Assembly (NCBI GenBank): GCA_964464405.1
Contig: CAYXFX010000003.1
Location: 6,410 to 70,409 of the forward strand
DNA from: an uncultured Candidatus Saccharibacteria bacterium
GTDB taxonomy: Bacteria > Patescibacteriota > Minisyncoccia > UBA11713 > 2-01-FULL-45-33
DNA: 64,000 nt
Direction: 5' to 3'
Under the pieces are notes generated by a model. The model did no database searches, was not told where the DNA came from, and was given only the letters and a program-made list of their open reading frames with translations. Shown in pieces: positions 37,093 through 46,832 of the stretch. The first letter of the stretch is position 1; the number at the start of each line of letters is the position of its first letter. The position numbers were made by a program, and so were the translations under genes.

Positions 37093-37407
37093 GTGGGTAT
37101 GATTCTAAATCATATTTTTGATGATATTTGCGGTGTAGAGCATAAAGAACAGGTCGGCCAAAAAGAAAACTTCTATCAATATGTGTCTTTTAGTATTATT
37201 TTTTTGTATTCATCGATATGCATAGCCTCAACAATAGTTTTGTTCTGTATTCCGATTTTTAGGTTAAAGACGAATTCCTCAATACAAAATTTTTACTTCG
37301 ACAACATGTACTGGATAATCCCATTGACGATGCCGACCGGATGGATTATCTCAAAACAACTTAACGCAAAACTTTGGGCTTTTATAAAAACAAAATACAA
37401 ATCCTAA
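37093..37407 (+). CDS. Hypothetical membrane protein (104 aa)
   Basis: ORF followed by terminator aatctcgcc-aaa-ggcgagatt + ATTTTTT (37405-37432). Confidence 0.35.
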   Translation: MGMILNHIFDDICGVEHKEQVGQKENFYQYVSFSIIFLYSSICIASTIVLFCIPIFRLKTNSSIQNFYFDNMYWIIPLTMPTGWIISKQLNAKLWAFIKTKYKS

Positions 37408-37450
37408 TCTCGCCAAAGGCGAGATTATTTTTAAAAAAAATACTTTATTT

Positions 37451-37921
37451 CTATAAATTCAGCGGTTTAATTACGACTCGGCGGCCCATTCCTTCTCCCG
37501 TGCTTTCGGTAGAAATGTCGGGATATTCTTGGAGAACCGTGTGTACGATTCTTCGCTCGTATGCATTCATCGGGCGCATTTCGATCGGCTTTTTAAAATA
37601 TCGTACGCGCTGGGCATGCATGCGCGCCATATCTTTAATCTCCTCCACATGTTTTTTGTGGTAATCGTTTACGTCAATTAAAAATCTTATGTCTGTTTCT
37701 CCATATTTTTTTTCGACAATTCGGCGCACAACATGATTAAGCGCCGCTAAATTCTGTCCGCCTTCCCCAATCAAAAGCGGCGCTTCGTCTGATTTAAGAA
37801 TAAACCAGCTCTCTTCCGCACCCTCCTGAAATTCCAACGAGCTTAAAACGCCGAGTTTATTTAATATTTCGGATATCGTATTTCTTACAAATTCTACTTT
37901 TTCTTGTGTGTTTTCTGCCAT
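37451..37921 (-). CDS. Jag/KhpB-like R3H domain RNA-binding protein
   Basis: KH-like and R3H region (ERRIVHTVLQEYPDISTESTGEG); canonical rpmH-rnpA-yidC-jag cluster. Confidence 0.75.
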   Translation of the reverse strand: MAENTQEKVEFVRNTISEILNKLGVLSSLEFQEGAEESWFILKSDEAPLLIGEGGQNLAALNHVVRRIVEKKYGETDIRFLIDVNDYHKKHVEEIKDMARMHAQRVRYFKKPIEMRPMNAYERRIVHTVLQEYPDISTESTGEGMGRRVVIKPLNL

Positions 37922-37941
37922 TTAGAAGCAGATGTGTGAGT

Positions 37942-38643
37942 TTAAACCTTTCTCCGCACCATCGCTTCGTGAATAATAGCAAAAATATTCATTGATGTCC
38001 AATAAAGTGAAACTGCAGCTGGTAGTTTAAATCCTAAAAAGAAGATCATAACGGGAAAAACATACATCATCTGTTTCTGCATCATAACCGCCATGTCTGC
38101 TTTCTTTTTTACATCTCCCGCAGGTTGCACGGTCGCAAGTCTAATTTGCAAAAATTGGGATATCGCCGCAATAGCCGCAAGCCCAATACTTGCCTCTGTT
38201 AATGAGATAAAACCTAAAAACACTAGATTAATATTTTCCGGAATACTCAAAAAATAATAAACTTCTTGCGCTTTAAAAGGAATCCCGTTTATAAACACAC
38301 GATACATCGCAAAAAGAATGGGCAACTGGATTATCAACATAAAAAAACCGGAAAACGGGTTTATTCCGTGTATCTTATAGAGCTCCATTAGTGCGCGCGC
38401 TTGCTCGTTTTTGTCCTTTTTCTCTTCGTTTATTTTTTTAATTTGCGGCTCAATTTCTTTCATTATTTTTTGTGTACGCAACATCTTGTGCGTCATCGGA
38501 AATGTTAATATCTTTATTAACACTGTAAGTAAAATTACAGCCAGCCCCAAATCGTGCCCCGGAAGAAATGTAGTCAAAACCAATAGACCGTTTAGAATCG
38601 GTCTATAAAAAACCTGTGTATAGATTAAGCTAATAAATGACAT
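37942..38643 (-). CDS. yidC: Membrane protein insertase YidC (short form)
   Basis: Conserved YidC/Oxa1 core TMs (LIKILTFPMTHKMLRTQKIMKEIEPQIKKI...YKIHGINPFSG). Confidence 0.85.
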   Translation of the reverse strand: MSFISLIYTQVFYRPILNGLLVLTTFLPGHDLGLAVILLTVLIKILTFPMTHKMLRTQKIMKEIEPQIKKINEEKKDKNEQARALMELYKIHGINPFSGFFMLIIQLPILFAMYRVFINGIPFKAQEVYYFLSIPENINLVFLGFISLTEASIGLAAIAAISQFLQIRLATVQPAGDVKKKADMAVMMQKQMMYVFPVMIFFLGFKLPAAVSLYWTSMNIFAIIHEAMVRRKV

Positions 38644-38968
38644 TTAGTAGATTTAGTATATCATTTTTTAAATCTTTAAAGGAAGGAGGTGGCGACTTTT
38701 CGATTTTCATAAAAAAAACAATTTTCATTCCTGATTTAATGTCTCCAATTTTTCCCCGCACAATTTCGCTCATTTGGCGCCTAAGTTTGTTTCTCAAAAC
38801 TGCACCGCCTCGTTTTTTCGAAACACTTGCGATAAAAGCAAATTTTTTTTCTTTTGTCTCAGCAGAGCAAAAACGCATAATAACATATTTACCGCGCAAA
38901 AACCTAGATCTCTTCTTAAAAAAATGATCTAGTTCCTTTCTATTTAACCGGAATTCTTTTTTTAGCAC
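38630..38968 (-). CDS. rnpA: Ribonuclease P protein component
   Basis: FAFIASVSKKRGGAVLRNKLRRQMSEIVR (RNR motif region). The start is GTG (complement of 38966-38968), 2 nt after the rpmH stop. Confidence 0.8.
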   Translation of the reverse strand: MLKKEFRLNRKELDHFFKKRSRFLRGKYVIMRFCSAETKEKKFAFIASVSKKRGGAVLRNKLRRQMSEIVRGKIGDIKSGMKIVFFMKIEKSPPPSFKDLKNDILNLLNVIY

Positions 38969-38970
38969 AC

Positions 38971-39105
38971 TTATATTACAATTTTACGCCTACCCTTACT
39001 TCTTCTCCTTGAAAGCACATTTCTGCCAGTTTTGGATCTCATTCTTTTTAAAAAACCGTGTGTGCGCGATCTCTTCTTTTTTTTGGGTTGGTATGTTTGC
39101 GACAT
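38971..39105 (-). CDS. rpmH: 50S ribosomal protein L34 (44 aa)
   Basis: Reverse translation gives [44 protein letters not shown]. Not in the ORF track because it is under 60 aa. Confidence 0.8.
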   Translation of the reverse strand: MSQTYQPKKKKRSRTHGFLKRMRSKTGRNVLSRRRSKGRRKIVI

Positions 39106-39213
39106 ATAAGGATTCTACAATGTTTTTTTTATTTTGCAATATTCACAACGGGTCCACAACATATTAACATTAAAACTAAATACATGTTTAGAAAATAGAT
39201 TTATAGTTATCAT
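39106..39213. other. rpmH-dnaA intergenic region (oriC-associated)
   Basis: Divergent transcription switch (jag-yidC-rnpA-rpmH leftward, dnaA-dnaN rightward); AT-rich with partial DnaA-box-like 9-mers (ttcacaacg, gtccacaac). Confidence 0.4.
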
Positions 39214-40575
39214 ATGATGATTAATGACGAATTGTGGAAAAAGGCGTTGGGAGGAATAGAAACTGAAATTTCAAGAGCTAATTTTTTAACTTGGTTTAAA
39301 AACACGCACATAATAGAACACTCTGAAAACACAATTACGATTGGGGTTCCATCAAATTTTGTTAAAGAGTGGTTGGAAAATAAATACCATAAATACATTT
39401 TGAAATCCTTAAGAAATATCTCTCCTGATATTAGAGTTATAAATTATACTATTGCTTCAGAAAACTTAAAAATTGATCAAAAATTAAAAATTCAGAAAGA
39501 ATCACCTCCTCCACCAGAAGAACAGCTCGAATTTAAAGATTTCAATCTCGACCCAAACACCAACCTAAATCCCAGATATACATTAGAAACATTCATTGTG
39601 GGCCCTTTTAATGAGCTTGCCTACGCAGCGGCGCTCGAAGTAATAAAAAACCTCGGCAAGGCCCTAAATCCTTTATTTATTTACGGAGGAGTTGGGTTGG
39701 GAAAAACCCATTTACTTCAAGCAATAGGAAACACTATTCATATAAAAGACCCTAGAAAGCGCGTTTACTACATTACATCTGAAAAATTCAGTAACGAAAT
39801 TGTATCATCAATTCAAAACCACAATATTCACAACTTTAAAGAAAAATACCGTGATTATGACTTACTAATTATTGATGATGTACAGTTTTTCGGTGGAAAG
39901 GTTAAAACTCAAGAAGAGTTTTTTTACACATTTAACACTTTGTACGAATCTGGGAAACAAGTCGTATTTTCTTCCGATAGGCCGCCGAAATCAATTCCTG
40001 ACATAGAAGAGCGGTTGCGCTCACGTCTGGAAGCAGGAGCTTATATTGATATTTCAGAACCAGAATACGAAACAAGACTTGCGATATTAAAATCAAAAAC
40101 ACTCGAAAAAAAACTTGATATTTCCGAAAAGGTGTTAGAAGTAATAGCTTCTGTTGTCCAAAAAAATATCAGGGAGTTGGAAGGTGCTTTAAATACCATA
40201 CACATGCAGTCCGTTTATCATAATAGGATTCTTACTCCTGATGAAGCAAAGGTAATACTAAGTAAAAATACACGCCCAAAAATAAATATAACACCTGCAC
40301 AAATTATTAAAAATGTCGCTGAATTTTATGATATTCCGGAACGCATGATGTTCGAGCGAACACGCAAAACCGAAATCGTAAAACCGCGACAAATAGCTAT
40401 GTTTTTAATTAGAGAAGATCTTGGCGGCTCATATCCTTTTATTGGACAAAAGTTTAATGGAATGGACCATACAACAGCAATCCATGCTTATGAAAAAATA
40501 ATTAATGATTTAAAAAAGAATTCAACACTTGAGGAAGAGTTGAGGAGTATTAGGGAAAAATATCAGGTTAAATAA
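39214..40575 (+). CDS. dnaA: Chromosomal replication initiator DnaA
   Basis: AAA+ Walker A GGVGLGKTHLLQAIGN; C-terminal DNA-binding domain (RQIAMFLIREDLGGSYPFIGQKFNGMDHTTAIHAYEKI). Confidence 0.95.
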   Translation: MMINDELWKKALGGIETEISRANFLTWFKNTHIIEHSENTITIGVPSNFVKEWLENKYHKYILKSLRNISPDIRVINYTIASENLKIDQKLKIQKESPPPPEEQLEFKDFNLDPNTNLNPRYTLETFIVGPFNELAYAAALEVIKNLGKALNPLFIYGGVGLGKTHLLQAIGNTIHIKDPRKRVYYITSEKFSNEIVSSIQNHNIHNFKEKYRDYDLLIIDDVQFFGGKVKTQEEFFYTFNTLYESGKQVVFSSDRPPKSIPDIEERLRSRLEAGAYIDISEPEYETRLAILKSKTLEKKLDISEKVLEVIASVVQKNIRELEGALNTIHMQSVYHNRILTPDEAKVILSKNTRPKINITPAQIIKNVAEFYDIPERMMFERTRKTEIVKPRQIAMFLIREDLGGSYPFIGQKFNGMDHTTAIHAYEKIINDLKKNSTLEEELRSIREKYQVK

Positions 40576-40719
40576 TTATCCACTGTATAATCACAATATA
40601 ATAAATAAAAGATATTAAAATTTTCATTTAAAAATAAATAAAAATTTTAATATCCACATATTAACAAAATTAGTAATAATAATTTTTTATTCAAATATAA
40701 ATTAAATTAATAAACAAAA
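40576..40719. other. Candidate oriC: very AT-rich dnaA-dnaN spacer with DnaA boxes
   Basis: TTATCCACT at 40577-40585 and ATATCCACA at 40652-40660 (consensus TTATCCACA); DUE-like A/T tracts. Confidence 0.45.
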
Positions 40720-41820
40720 ATGAAAATTATTTGTGCCAATCAAAATATTAAAGAAATTCTTTCCATTGCAGAAAGAAATGTTTCAAAAAATCAAACTCTT
40801 CCTATTTTAAATTCTGTTTTTCTTAATGCCGAAGATGGAAAATTACAAGTAAGAGCGACAAATTTAGAAACCGCAATTGAAGCGAATGTTTTCTGTACTG
40901 TAAAAGAAAAAGGATCTTTAGTAATTCCAGCAAAGATTTTATATACTTATCTATCAAATATTAACGATGAACAAATTACACTGCAAAGCCAAAAAAGTAA
41001 TTTATTCATAAAAACAAATAATTCTGAAACAGTAATTAGGGGGATGTCTGTAGATGAATTTCCATTATTTCCGAAAATTGATGTGATAAACTCTTTTTCG
41101 ATGCCATGCGATCTTTTAAAAGAATCATTATCACAAGTTGTAAGTGCGTCTAGCCAATCAGAAATTAAACCAGAACTTGCTAGTGTTTTGTTTAAAATTT
41201 TTAAAAATTCAGTTAAATTTGCAGCAACCGATTCTTTTAGGTTGGCTGAAAAAACTATAGTTTCTAAGACAATCAACTCCGATAAACAATATAATTTTTT
41301 AGTACCACAAAAATCTGTACATGAAATTTTGAGGATTTTAGTTAATAATGAAATTATAAATGTTGGTTTTGGTAAAAATCAAATGATACTTGAAACCAAA
41401 CAACTAAAATTTATTTCACGTCTTACAGACGGCGTATTTCCGGACTATGAACAAATTATTCCTAAAACTTTCAAAACAGACGTTTTAATTACCCATAATT
41501 CAATTTTAAAAAATTTAAAAATAGCTAGTATTTTCGTCGGCAAATTAAACGAAATTAATCTAAATTTTGAGCCACATAAAAAATTAGTTTTAATTTCCGC
41601 ATCACATCCGGAAGCGGGCGAACATTCTTCCGAAGTCAGTGCGAATATTGAAGGAGAAGAAGTAAATATAAAATTTAATTATAAATATTTACTAGACGGT
41701 ATTTCACAGATAAACAGCGAGTATATTTCTTTTAATTTAAACGGCAGCGATTCCCCTCTTTTAATAAAAGGAAAAGGAGACTCATCTTTTATTTATTTAG
41801 CGATGCCGATGAGAGTTTAA
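40720..41820 (+). CDS. dnaN: DNA polymerase III beta sliding clamp
   Basis: 366 aa, three-domain clamp architecture; follows dnaA. Confidence 0.9.
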   Translation: MKIICANQNIKEILSIAERNVSKNQTLPILNSVFLNAEDGKLQVRATNLETAIEANVFCTVKEKGSLVIPAKILYTYLSNINDEQITLQSQKSNLFIKTNNSETVIRGMSVDEFPLFPKIDVINSFSMPCDLLKESLSQVVSASSQSEIKPELASVLFKIFKNSVKFAATDSFRLAEKTIVSKTINSDKQYNFLVPQKSVHEILRILVNNEIINVGFGKNQMILETKQLKFISRLTDGVFPDYEQIIPKTFKTDVLITHNSILKNLKIASIFVGKLNEINLNFEPHKKLVLISASHPEAGEHSSEVSANIEGEEVNIKFNYKYLLDGISQINSEYISFNLNGSDSPLLIKGKGDSSFIYLAMPMRV

Positions 41821-44312
41821 TTAGTAATATTTAAATTAATTTTTGTTTCCGTTTTATTTTCAGCTTCGTCATATATTTTAATTTTTATTTCAGCACTACT
41901 GGTATTAATAAAATCTAAATTTAATCTATACTGAAAAGGATTTGAAGTAACAGATCCTAAAAATTTTTCATTAACAAAAAAATCAATTTGTTTTATATTA
42001 TAAGAACTTTCTATTATGGGCTCGATGATTATATCATCCTTTTTACTGTAAGATGTTTTTTCTGGTAAAATTTTAATTTCTGTTTTAGAAAAAAAAGAAT
42101 TATAAATAGTGTCGTCGTATGAGTTTGGAATAGAATTTACGTTTTGGTCTATGTATCCACGCGAATATGCCCATTCTCTTACAGAATGCTCCCAGTTTTT
42201 AAATTGTGAGTCAGATGAAGGATTAAACGGAGGTTCACCTAAAGGATCATCTTTTTTTAACCAGTAAAGAATCGTATGTATGGCTGCAATAACACGCTCT
42301 TCTTTAAAATTTTGCGGAGTGTCTTCGCGCGCTAATTTTCCTGAATTTTTGTTTATAATATAAGAAATTCCACCTCTCCATTCTCCTTTAAGAACAGGTT
42401 TGTTGGCCGGAAAGTTATCCGGCGTAATAAAGTCTTCAGACGGTGTTTTTGTTAAAGCAAATTCCATTAACTCGTGCCACATCGGAGCAACAATAAATCC
42501 TGCGACCCTTTTTTCCATCGGGGTGTTGTCGTTATTTCCAGACCAAGCCCCGATTGCTATATTGGGCGTATATCCAATAACCCACGCGTCTCTATAATTA
42601 TTGGTGGTTCCTGTTTTTGCCGCAACTTTTTTACCTGAGAAAACAAGAGCTTCTCCAAATGAAGGTCCGCGAGCGTTATTGTCCGATAATATATCGCTAA
42701 TTGTGCGCGCAGTGTTTTTATCAACGACTTCAGATGATTTTGTTTCAGAAGTAAATAAAAGTTTTCCCGAAGAATCTTTAATTTCTAAAATATCCCTACT
42801 CGGGTTTTTTATTCCTTCGTTTGCAAAAACACCATACGCTGAAGTTAGTTCAAGAAGCGACACTTCTCCTCCTCCAAGCACTAAAGTAAGGCCATATCGA
42901 TCAGGTTCGTTAAGAGAGGTTATGCCGAAATCACGGGCTGTTCTTAAAGAATCATCCAACCCTGTTAAATAAAGAAGTTTAACAGAGGGAACGTTAAGTG
43001 ATTGCGCTAGGGCCTCTCTTAGTGAAACGGGGCCTCTAAATTTTTCATCATAATTTTGCGGGTGGTAGCATTTGTCAGGATCAAATCCGGCAGGAGCGTT
43101 TCCATTAGGCATGCACGATGGATTAAATTCAGTAAATAAATCAAAAAGAACAGTTTCGGGAGTATACCCTTTTTTAAGTGCGGTTGCGTATACAAACGGC
43201 TTAAAAGAAGAACCGGGCTGCCGCTTCGCTGTTGTGATGTTAAAATTCCCGTCTCTTTTTTGGTCAAAATAATCACGCGATCCGACCATGGCCAAAATAT
43301 CTCCGGTTTTTGGATCTGTTATCACAATTCCAGCATTTTTTGCATTGAAATTTTTTTCATTATTATCTCCGTATTTTTTTATAACTTCTTCTGATTTTTG
43401 TTGTAGATCGACGTCGAGCGTTGTTATAACATTAAGCCCACTTCTGGCGATCAAGTCTTCTCCATATTGGCTGTTTAATTTATCTAAAACCTCCATAACA
43501 AAATGAGGGGCAATGATTCCCTGCCTTTTTTGCGGCAAAAAGGAAACTTTTTCTTTTTTTGATTCCTCATATTCTTTTTCCGACAAAAAACCAAGGTCCA
43601 TCATTCTTTTTAAAGTAAATTCGGCTCGTTTATCGAGAGAGTCTTTATGTTTTCCGTACGGAGAATAGAAACTCGGCGCCTTAGGAAGAGACGCAAGATA
43701 TGCCGATTCTGGAATATTAAGTTCATTTGCGTGTTTTCCAAAAAAAGTAATGGCGGCCGATTCTACTCCATAAGCATTTTGTCCGTAAGGGATTTGGTTT
43801 AAATAGAGATCTAATATTTTATCTTTTGAGTATTTTTGTTCAATTTTGATTGTTAAAATTACTTCTTTGATTTTACGTTTGATTGTTTTTTCCGGCCCTA
43901 AAAGTGTGTTTTTTACAAGCTGTTGCGTAATAGTGGAGCCGCCCTGCTCTAAATTTATTTTTATAATATTTATCAAAAGCGACCGAAGAATTGAAAGCGG
44001 ACGAATTCCGTAGTGTTGATAAAAAGTGTCGTCTTCTAAAGCAATTGTTGCGTTTTTAATAGACCTAGGAATTTGATCAAATGTTATAACCGTCCTTTTT
44101 TCTTCTCCATGGACGTCATATAAAACAATTTTTCCGGTTCGATCGTAAATTTTTGTTGATTCGGCTCTTTTTATTTCATTCGCGTTTGCAATGTCTGGAA
44201 TTTTAGTAAAATAAACCGCAAGTACCAAAAAAACCATGCTTAAAACGGCGAGTGCCAAGATAGATAAAAAAAATTTCCAAATTATTTTTTTTCTTTTAAG
44301 CATTTTCTTCAC
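41817..44312 (-). CDS. Class A penicillin-binding protein (PBP1A-type transglycosylase/transpeptidase) with a C-terminal extension
   Basis: GT51 motifs EDDTFYQHYGI, GGSTITQQLVKN; transpeptidase SxxK (GSSFKPF), SxN, KTG (KTGTT). Confidence 0.85.
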   Translation of the reverse strand: MKKMLKRKKIIWKFFLSILALAVLSMVFLVLAVYFTKIPDIANANEIKRAESTKIYDRTGKIVLYDVHGEEKRTVITFDQIPRSIKNATIALEDDTFYQHYGIRPLSILRSLLINIIKINLEQGGSTITQQLVKNTLLGPEKTIKRKIKEVILTIKIEQKYSKDKILDLYLNQIPYGQNAYGVESAAITFFGKHANELNIPESAYLASLPKAPSFYSPYGKHKDSLDKRAEFTLKRMMDLGFLSEKEYEESKKEKVSFLPQKRQGIIAPHFVMEVLDKLNSQYGEDLIARSGLNVITTLDVDLQQKSEEVIKKYGDNNEKNFNAKNAGIVITDPKTGDILAMVGSRDYFDQKRDGNFNITTAKRQPGSSFKPFVYATALKKGYTPETVLFDLFTEFNPSCMPNGNAPAGFDPDKCYHPQNYDEKFRGPVSLREALAQSLNVPSVKLLYLTGLDDSLRTARDFGITSLNEPDRYGLTLVLGGGEVSLLELTSAYGVFANEGIKNPSRDILEIKDSSGKLLFTSETKSSEVVDKNTARTISDILSDNNARGPSFGEALVFSGKKVAAKTGTTNNYRDAWVIGYTPNIAIGAWSGNNDNTPMEKRVAGFIVAPMWHELMEFALTKTPSEDFITPDNFPANKPVLKGEWRGGISYIINKNSGKLAREDTPQNFKEERVIAAIHTILYWLKKDDPLGEPPFNPSSDSQFKNWEHSVREWAYSRGYIDQNVNSIPNSYDDTIYNSFFSKTEIKILPEKTSYSKKDDIIIEPIIESSYNIKQIDFFVNEKFLGSVTSNPFQYRLNLDFINTSSAEIKIKIYDEAENKTETKINLNITN

Positions 44313-44341
44313 CGGTTTATTATAGCCGGTTTCTAACTTTT

Positions 44342-45538
44342 ATGCTATATTATAAAGATTCTATGAATATAGACAATAAAAAAATACAGGAGGTTTTGGA
44401 GAGGAATGTAGAGCAAATTATCACAAAAGAGGAATTATTAAAAAAGATGAGCTCTGGAAAACAACTTCGTATTAAACACGGGGTTGATGTTACAAGCCCG
44501 ATGCTACATTTGGGACACGCCGTTAACTATTGGAAAATGAGGGAATTTCAGGAGATGGGACACAAAATTATTTTTTTAATCGGCGATTTTACAACGACCA
44601 TCGGCGACCCTACCGGAAAATCAAAAACACGCCCAGAGATAAATGAAGTAGAAATTAAAAAAAACGCAAAAGATTATTTGCGCCAGGCTGCGAAAATTTT
44701 AATAAACAAACCAAAATTACTCGAAGTTCGGAGAAATTCTGAGTGGTTCGGCAAAATGAAACTCGGCGGATTTCTCTCGCTTTTAAAGAAAATTACACAT
44801 TCTCGGCTAATGGAACGAGATATGTTCCAGGATAGGATTAAAAAACAAGAAGATATTTACATGCACGAAACGATGTACCCGATTCTGCAGGCTTATGATT
44901 CTGTCATGCTGAAGTCTGACCTGACCATTATCGGTTCAGACCAGCTTTTTAATGAGCTTATCGGAAGAAAATATCAGGAAATTTTCGGACAGAATCCTCA
45001 GTCGATTATCACCACATCAATAACGCCCGGCTTGGACGGAGGAAAAAAAATGTCAAAATCTTTAGGAAATTTTGTGGCCATTGCAGATTCTCCAGAAAAT
45101 CAATTCGGAAAAATAATGACGCTACTTGACGAATTGATCCAGATTTATTTTTTGGTTTACACAAAACTATCATTAGAGGAAATCGAAAACATAAAAAAAG
45201 AAAAGCCGTTCGAAGCCAAAAAAAAGTTGGCTTTCGAAATTGTAAAAATATACCACGGAGTTGATAGTGCAACAAAAGCTAAAAATAATTTTGAAAAGAA
45301 CTTTTCGAAAAGAGAAATTAACGAAGATAACTTAAAGATATATAAAGTTCAAAAAGGAGAAAAATGGGCCGACTTTTTAGTAAAAGAAAATTTTGTAAAA
45401 TCAAAAACTGAAGCGAAACGGTTATTAAGTGGTGGCGGAGTAGAACAAAAAAATAAAAAAATTAGTCAAAATATTGAAATAACTTCTGGTATCGCAAAAA
45501 TAGGAAAATATAAATTTGTAAAAATTGATATTTTATAA
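44342..45538 (+). CDS. tyrS: Tyrosine--tRNA ligase
   Basis: HLGH and KMSKS class I motifs; C-terminal S4-like domain. The true start may be the ATG at 44366. Confidence 0.9.
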   Translation: MLYYKDSMNIDNKKIQEVLERNVEQIITKEELLKKMSSGKQLRIKHGVDVTSPMLHLGHAVNYWKMREFQEMGHKIIFLIGDFTTTIGDPTGKSKTRPEINEVEIKKNAKDYLRQAAKILINKPKLLEVRRNSEWFGKMKLGGFLSLLKKITHSRLMERDMFQDRIKKQEDIYMHETMYPILQAYDSVMLKSDLTIIGSDQLFNELIGRKYQEIFGQNPQSIITTSITPGLDGGKKMSKSLGNFVAIADSPENQFGKIMTLLDELIQIYFLVYTKLSLEEIENIKKEKPFEAKKKLAFEIVKIYHGVDSATKAKNNFEKNFSKREINEDNLKIYKVQKGEKWADFLVKENFVKSKTEAKRLLSGGGVEQKNKKISQNIEITSGIAKIGKYKFVKIDIL

Positions 45539-45542
45539 AAAA

Positions 45543-45566
45543 TTGCCCCAGTGGGGCAATTTTTTA
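45543..45566. terminator. Hairpin ttgcccca-gt-ggggcaa followed by TTTTTT (convergent gene pair)
   Basis: 8-bp stem plus T-run, directly after the tyrS stop. Confidence 0.5.
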
Positions 45567-45728
45567 CTCGTCTAGTTCTTTTTCTGCTTCACTTACTTTC
45601 CAATCTTTTTCCTCTTCGCCTTCCCCCTCTTCTTCTCCGAGTCCATCAACTAAATCTCCATCATCGCTATCTCCTCCGCCAACAGGTTCTGCGTCATCTA
45701 ATAATAAATTATCATCAAAATTTACCAT
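45564..45728 (-). CDS. Possible small highly acidic protein (54 aa)
   Basis: ORF MVNFDDNLLLDDAEPVGGGDSDDGDLVDGLGEEEGEGEEEKDWKVSEAEKELDE downstream of ruvC on the same strand; below the ORF-track size cut-off. Confidence 0.25.
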   Translation of the reverse strand: MVNFDDNLLLDDAEPVGGGDSDDGDLVDGLGEEEGEGEEEKDWKVSEAEKELDE

Positions 45729-45831
45729 AGTATGTCTCAATCGACCTATTATTATTAATATTCCTTTCCAATTTAAAAGAGATTTCAGGCTCTGGCAAAT
45801 CTGGTTGTGGATAAGTTATGGATAACGTTGA

Positions 45832-46302
45832 TTATTCGCGGCTTACAAGGGCAGTAAGCGCAATGGCTATAGCGTCTGTTTCGTCGTCTAAAAGCTTATT
45901 TTTAGGCATTTTTAACAAAATTTTGACCATAGACGCGACAGCTTCTTTATTTGCCTTACCATATCCACATACCGCTGTTTTTACCTCTAAAGGAGCATAC
46001 TCTTTTATCTTTAAGGAGTGCATTTCTGCGACAGAAAGTATTATGCCACGAACCTCGCCGATTACAAGGGCGGTTTTTACGTTTTTTGCAAATAAAAGCT
46101 TTTCGATAGAAATTGTGTGAGGATGTGATTTTTTAATTATATTATCCAAAAATATGAAAATTTCAAAAAGCCTTTTACTTTTTGAAATTTTTGTAGAGGT
46201 TTTTTTTACTCCCGAATCAATTTTTTCGATATGGTTTTCGTTTTTTTTTAAAATAGCCCAACCCAGCCGCTCAATGCCGGGATCAATTCCTAGAACAATC
46301 AT
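45832..46302 (-). CDS. ruvC: Holliday junction resolvase RuvC
   Basis: MIVLGIDPGIERLGWAIL... catalytic DxG(D/E) core. Confidence 0.85.
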   Translation of the reverse strand: MIVLGIDPGIERLGWAILKKNENHIEKIDSGVKKTSTKISKSKRLFEIFIFLDNIIKKSHPHTISIEKLLFAKNVKTALVIGEVRGIILSVAEMHSLKIKEYAPLEVKTAVCGYGKANKEAVASMVKILLKMPKNKLLDDETDAIAIALTALVSRE

Positions 46303-46832
46303 ATAGAGTTAGAATAAACATCCAGCACATCGTCCTGATTATCTAATGCGTCCAGAAGAGATTCAAATTTTTTTGAATCTTCTTCGGATAGTTGTGTCGG
46401 AAACTTTGGATTAAATTCTTTTCCTATTTTGTCGAATGCCCACATTGCGCTTCCTTCCACGCCCAGCTTCCCTTCGTGTTCTGCAAGTATGTGTTTTATT
46501 TCGTTTGTTGTGCGGTTTGAACTGTCTGTAACTGCGGTAATAATTAAGGCCGATCCTCCTGGCCCATATGCTTCGTAGAGAACTTCTTTTAACTCGTTGC
46601 CGTCTTTCGAGGCGGCTTTATCAATCGCGCGCGCAATATTATCACTTGGCATGTTTGCTTTTCTGGCCTCTTCTATCGCCGAAGCAAGTTTTGAATTTGT
46701 TTTAGGGTCGTTTCCGAGCTCTTTTACCACAACTGTTATTGCACGCGAAAGTTTGGAGAAAATTTTCCCCTTCTTTGCGTCAGTTGCTGCTTTTTTATAT
46801 TTAATTTGCGCCCACTTGCTATGTCCGCTCAT
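46299..46832 (-). CDS. YebC/PmpR-family protein (short, 177 aa)
   Basis: MSGHSKWAQIKYKKAATDAKKGKIFSKLSRAITVVVKE hallmark N-terminus; ruvC-yebC linkage. Confidence 0.8.
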   Translation of the reverse strand: MSGHSKWAQIKYKKAATDAKKGKIFSKLSRAITVVVKELGNDPKTNSKLASAIEEARKANMPSDNIARAIDKAASKDGNELKEVLYEAYGPGGSALIITAVTDSSNRTTNEIKHILAEHEGKLGVEGSAMWAFDKIGKEFNPKFPTQLSEEDSKKFESLLDALDNQDDVLDVYSNSI

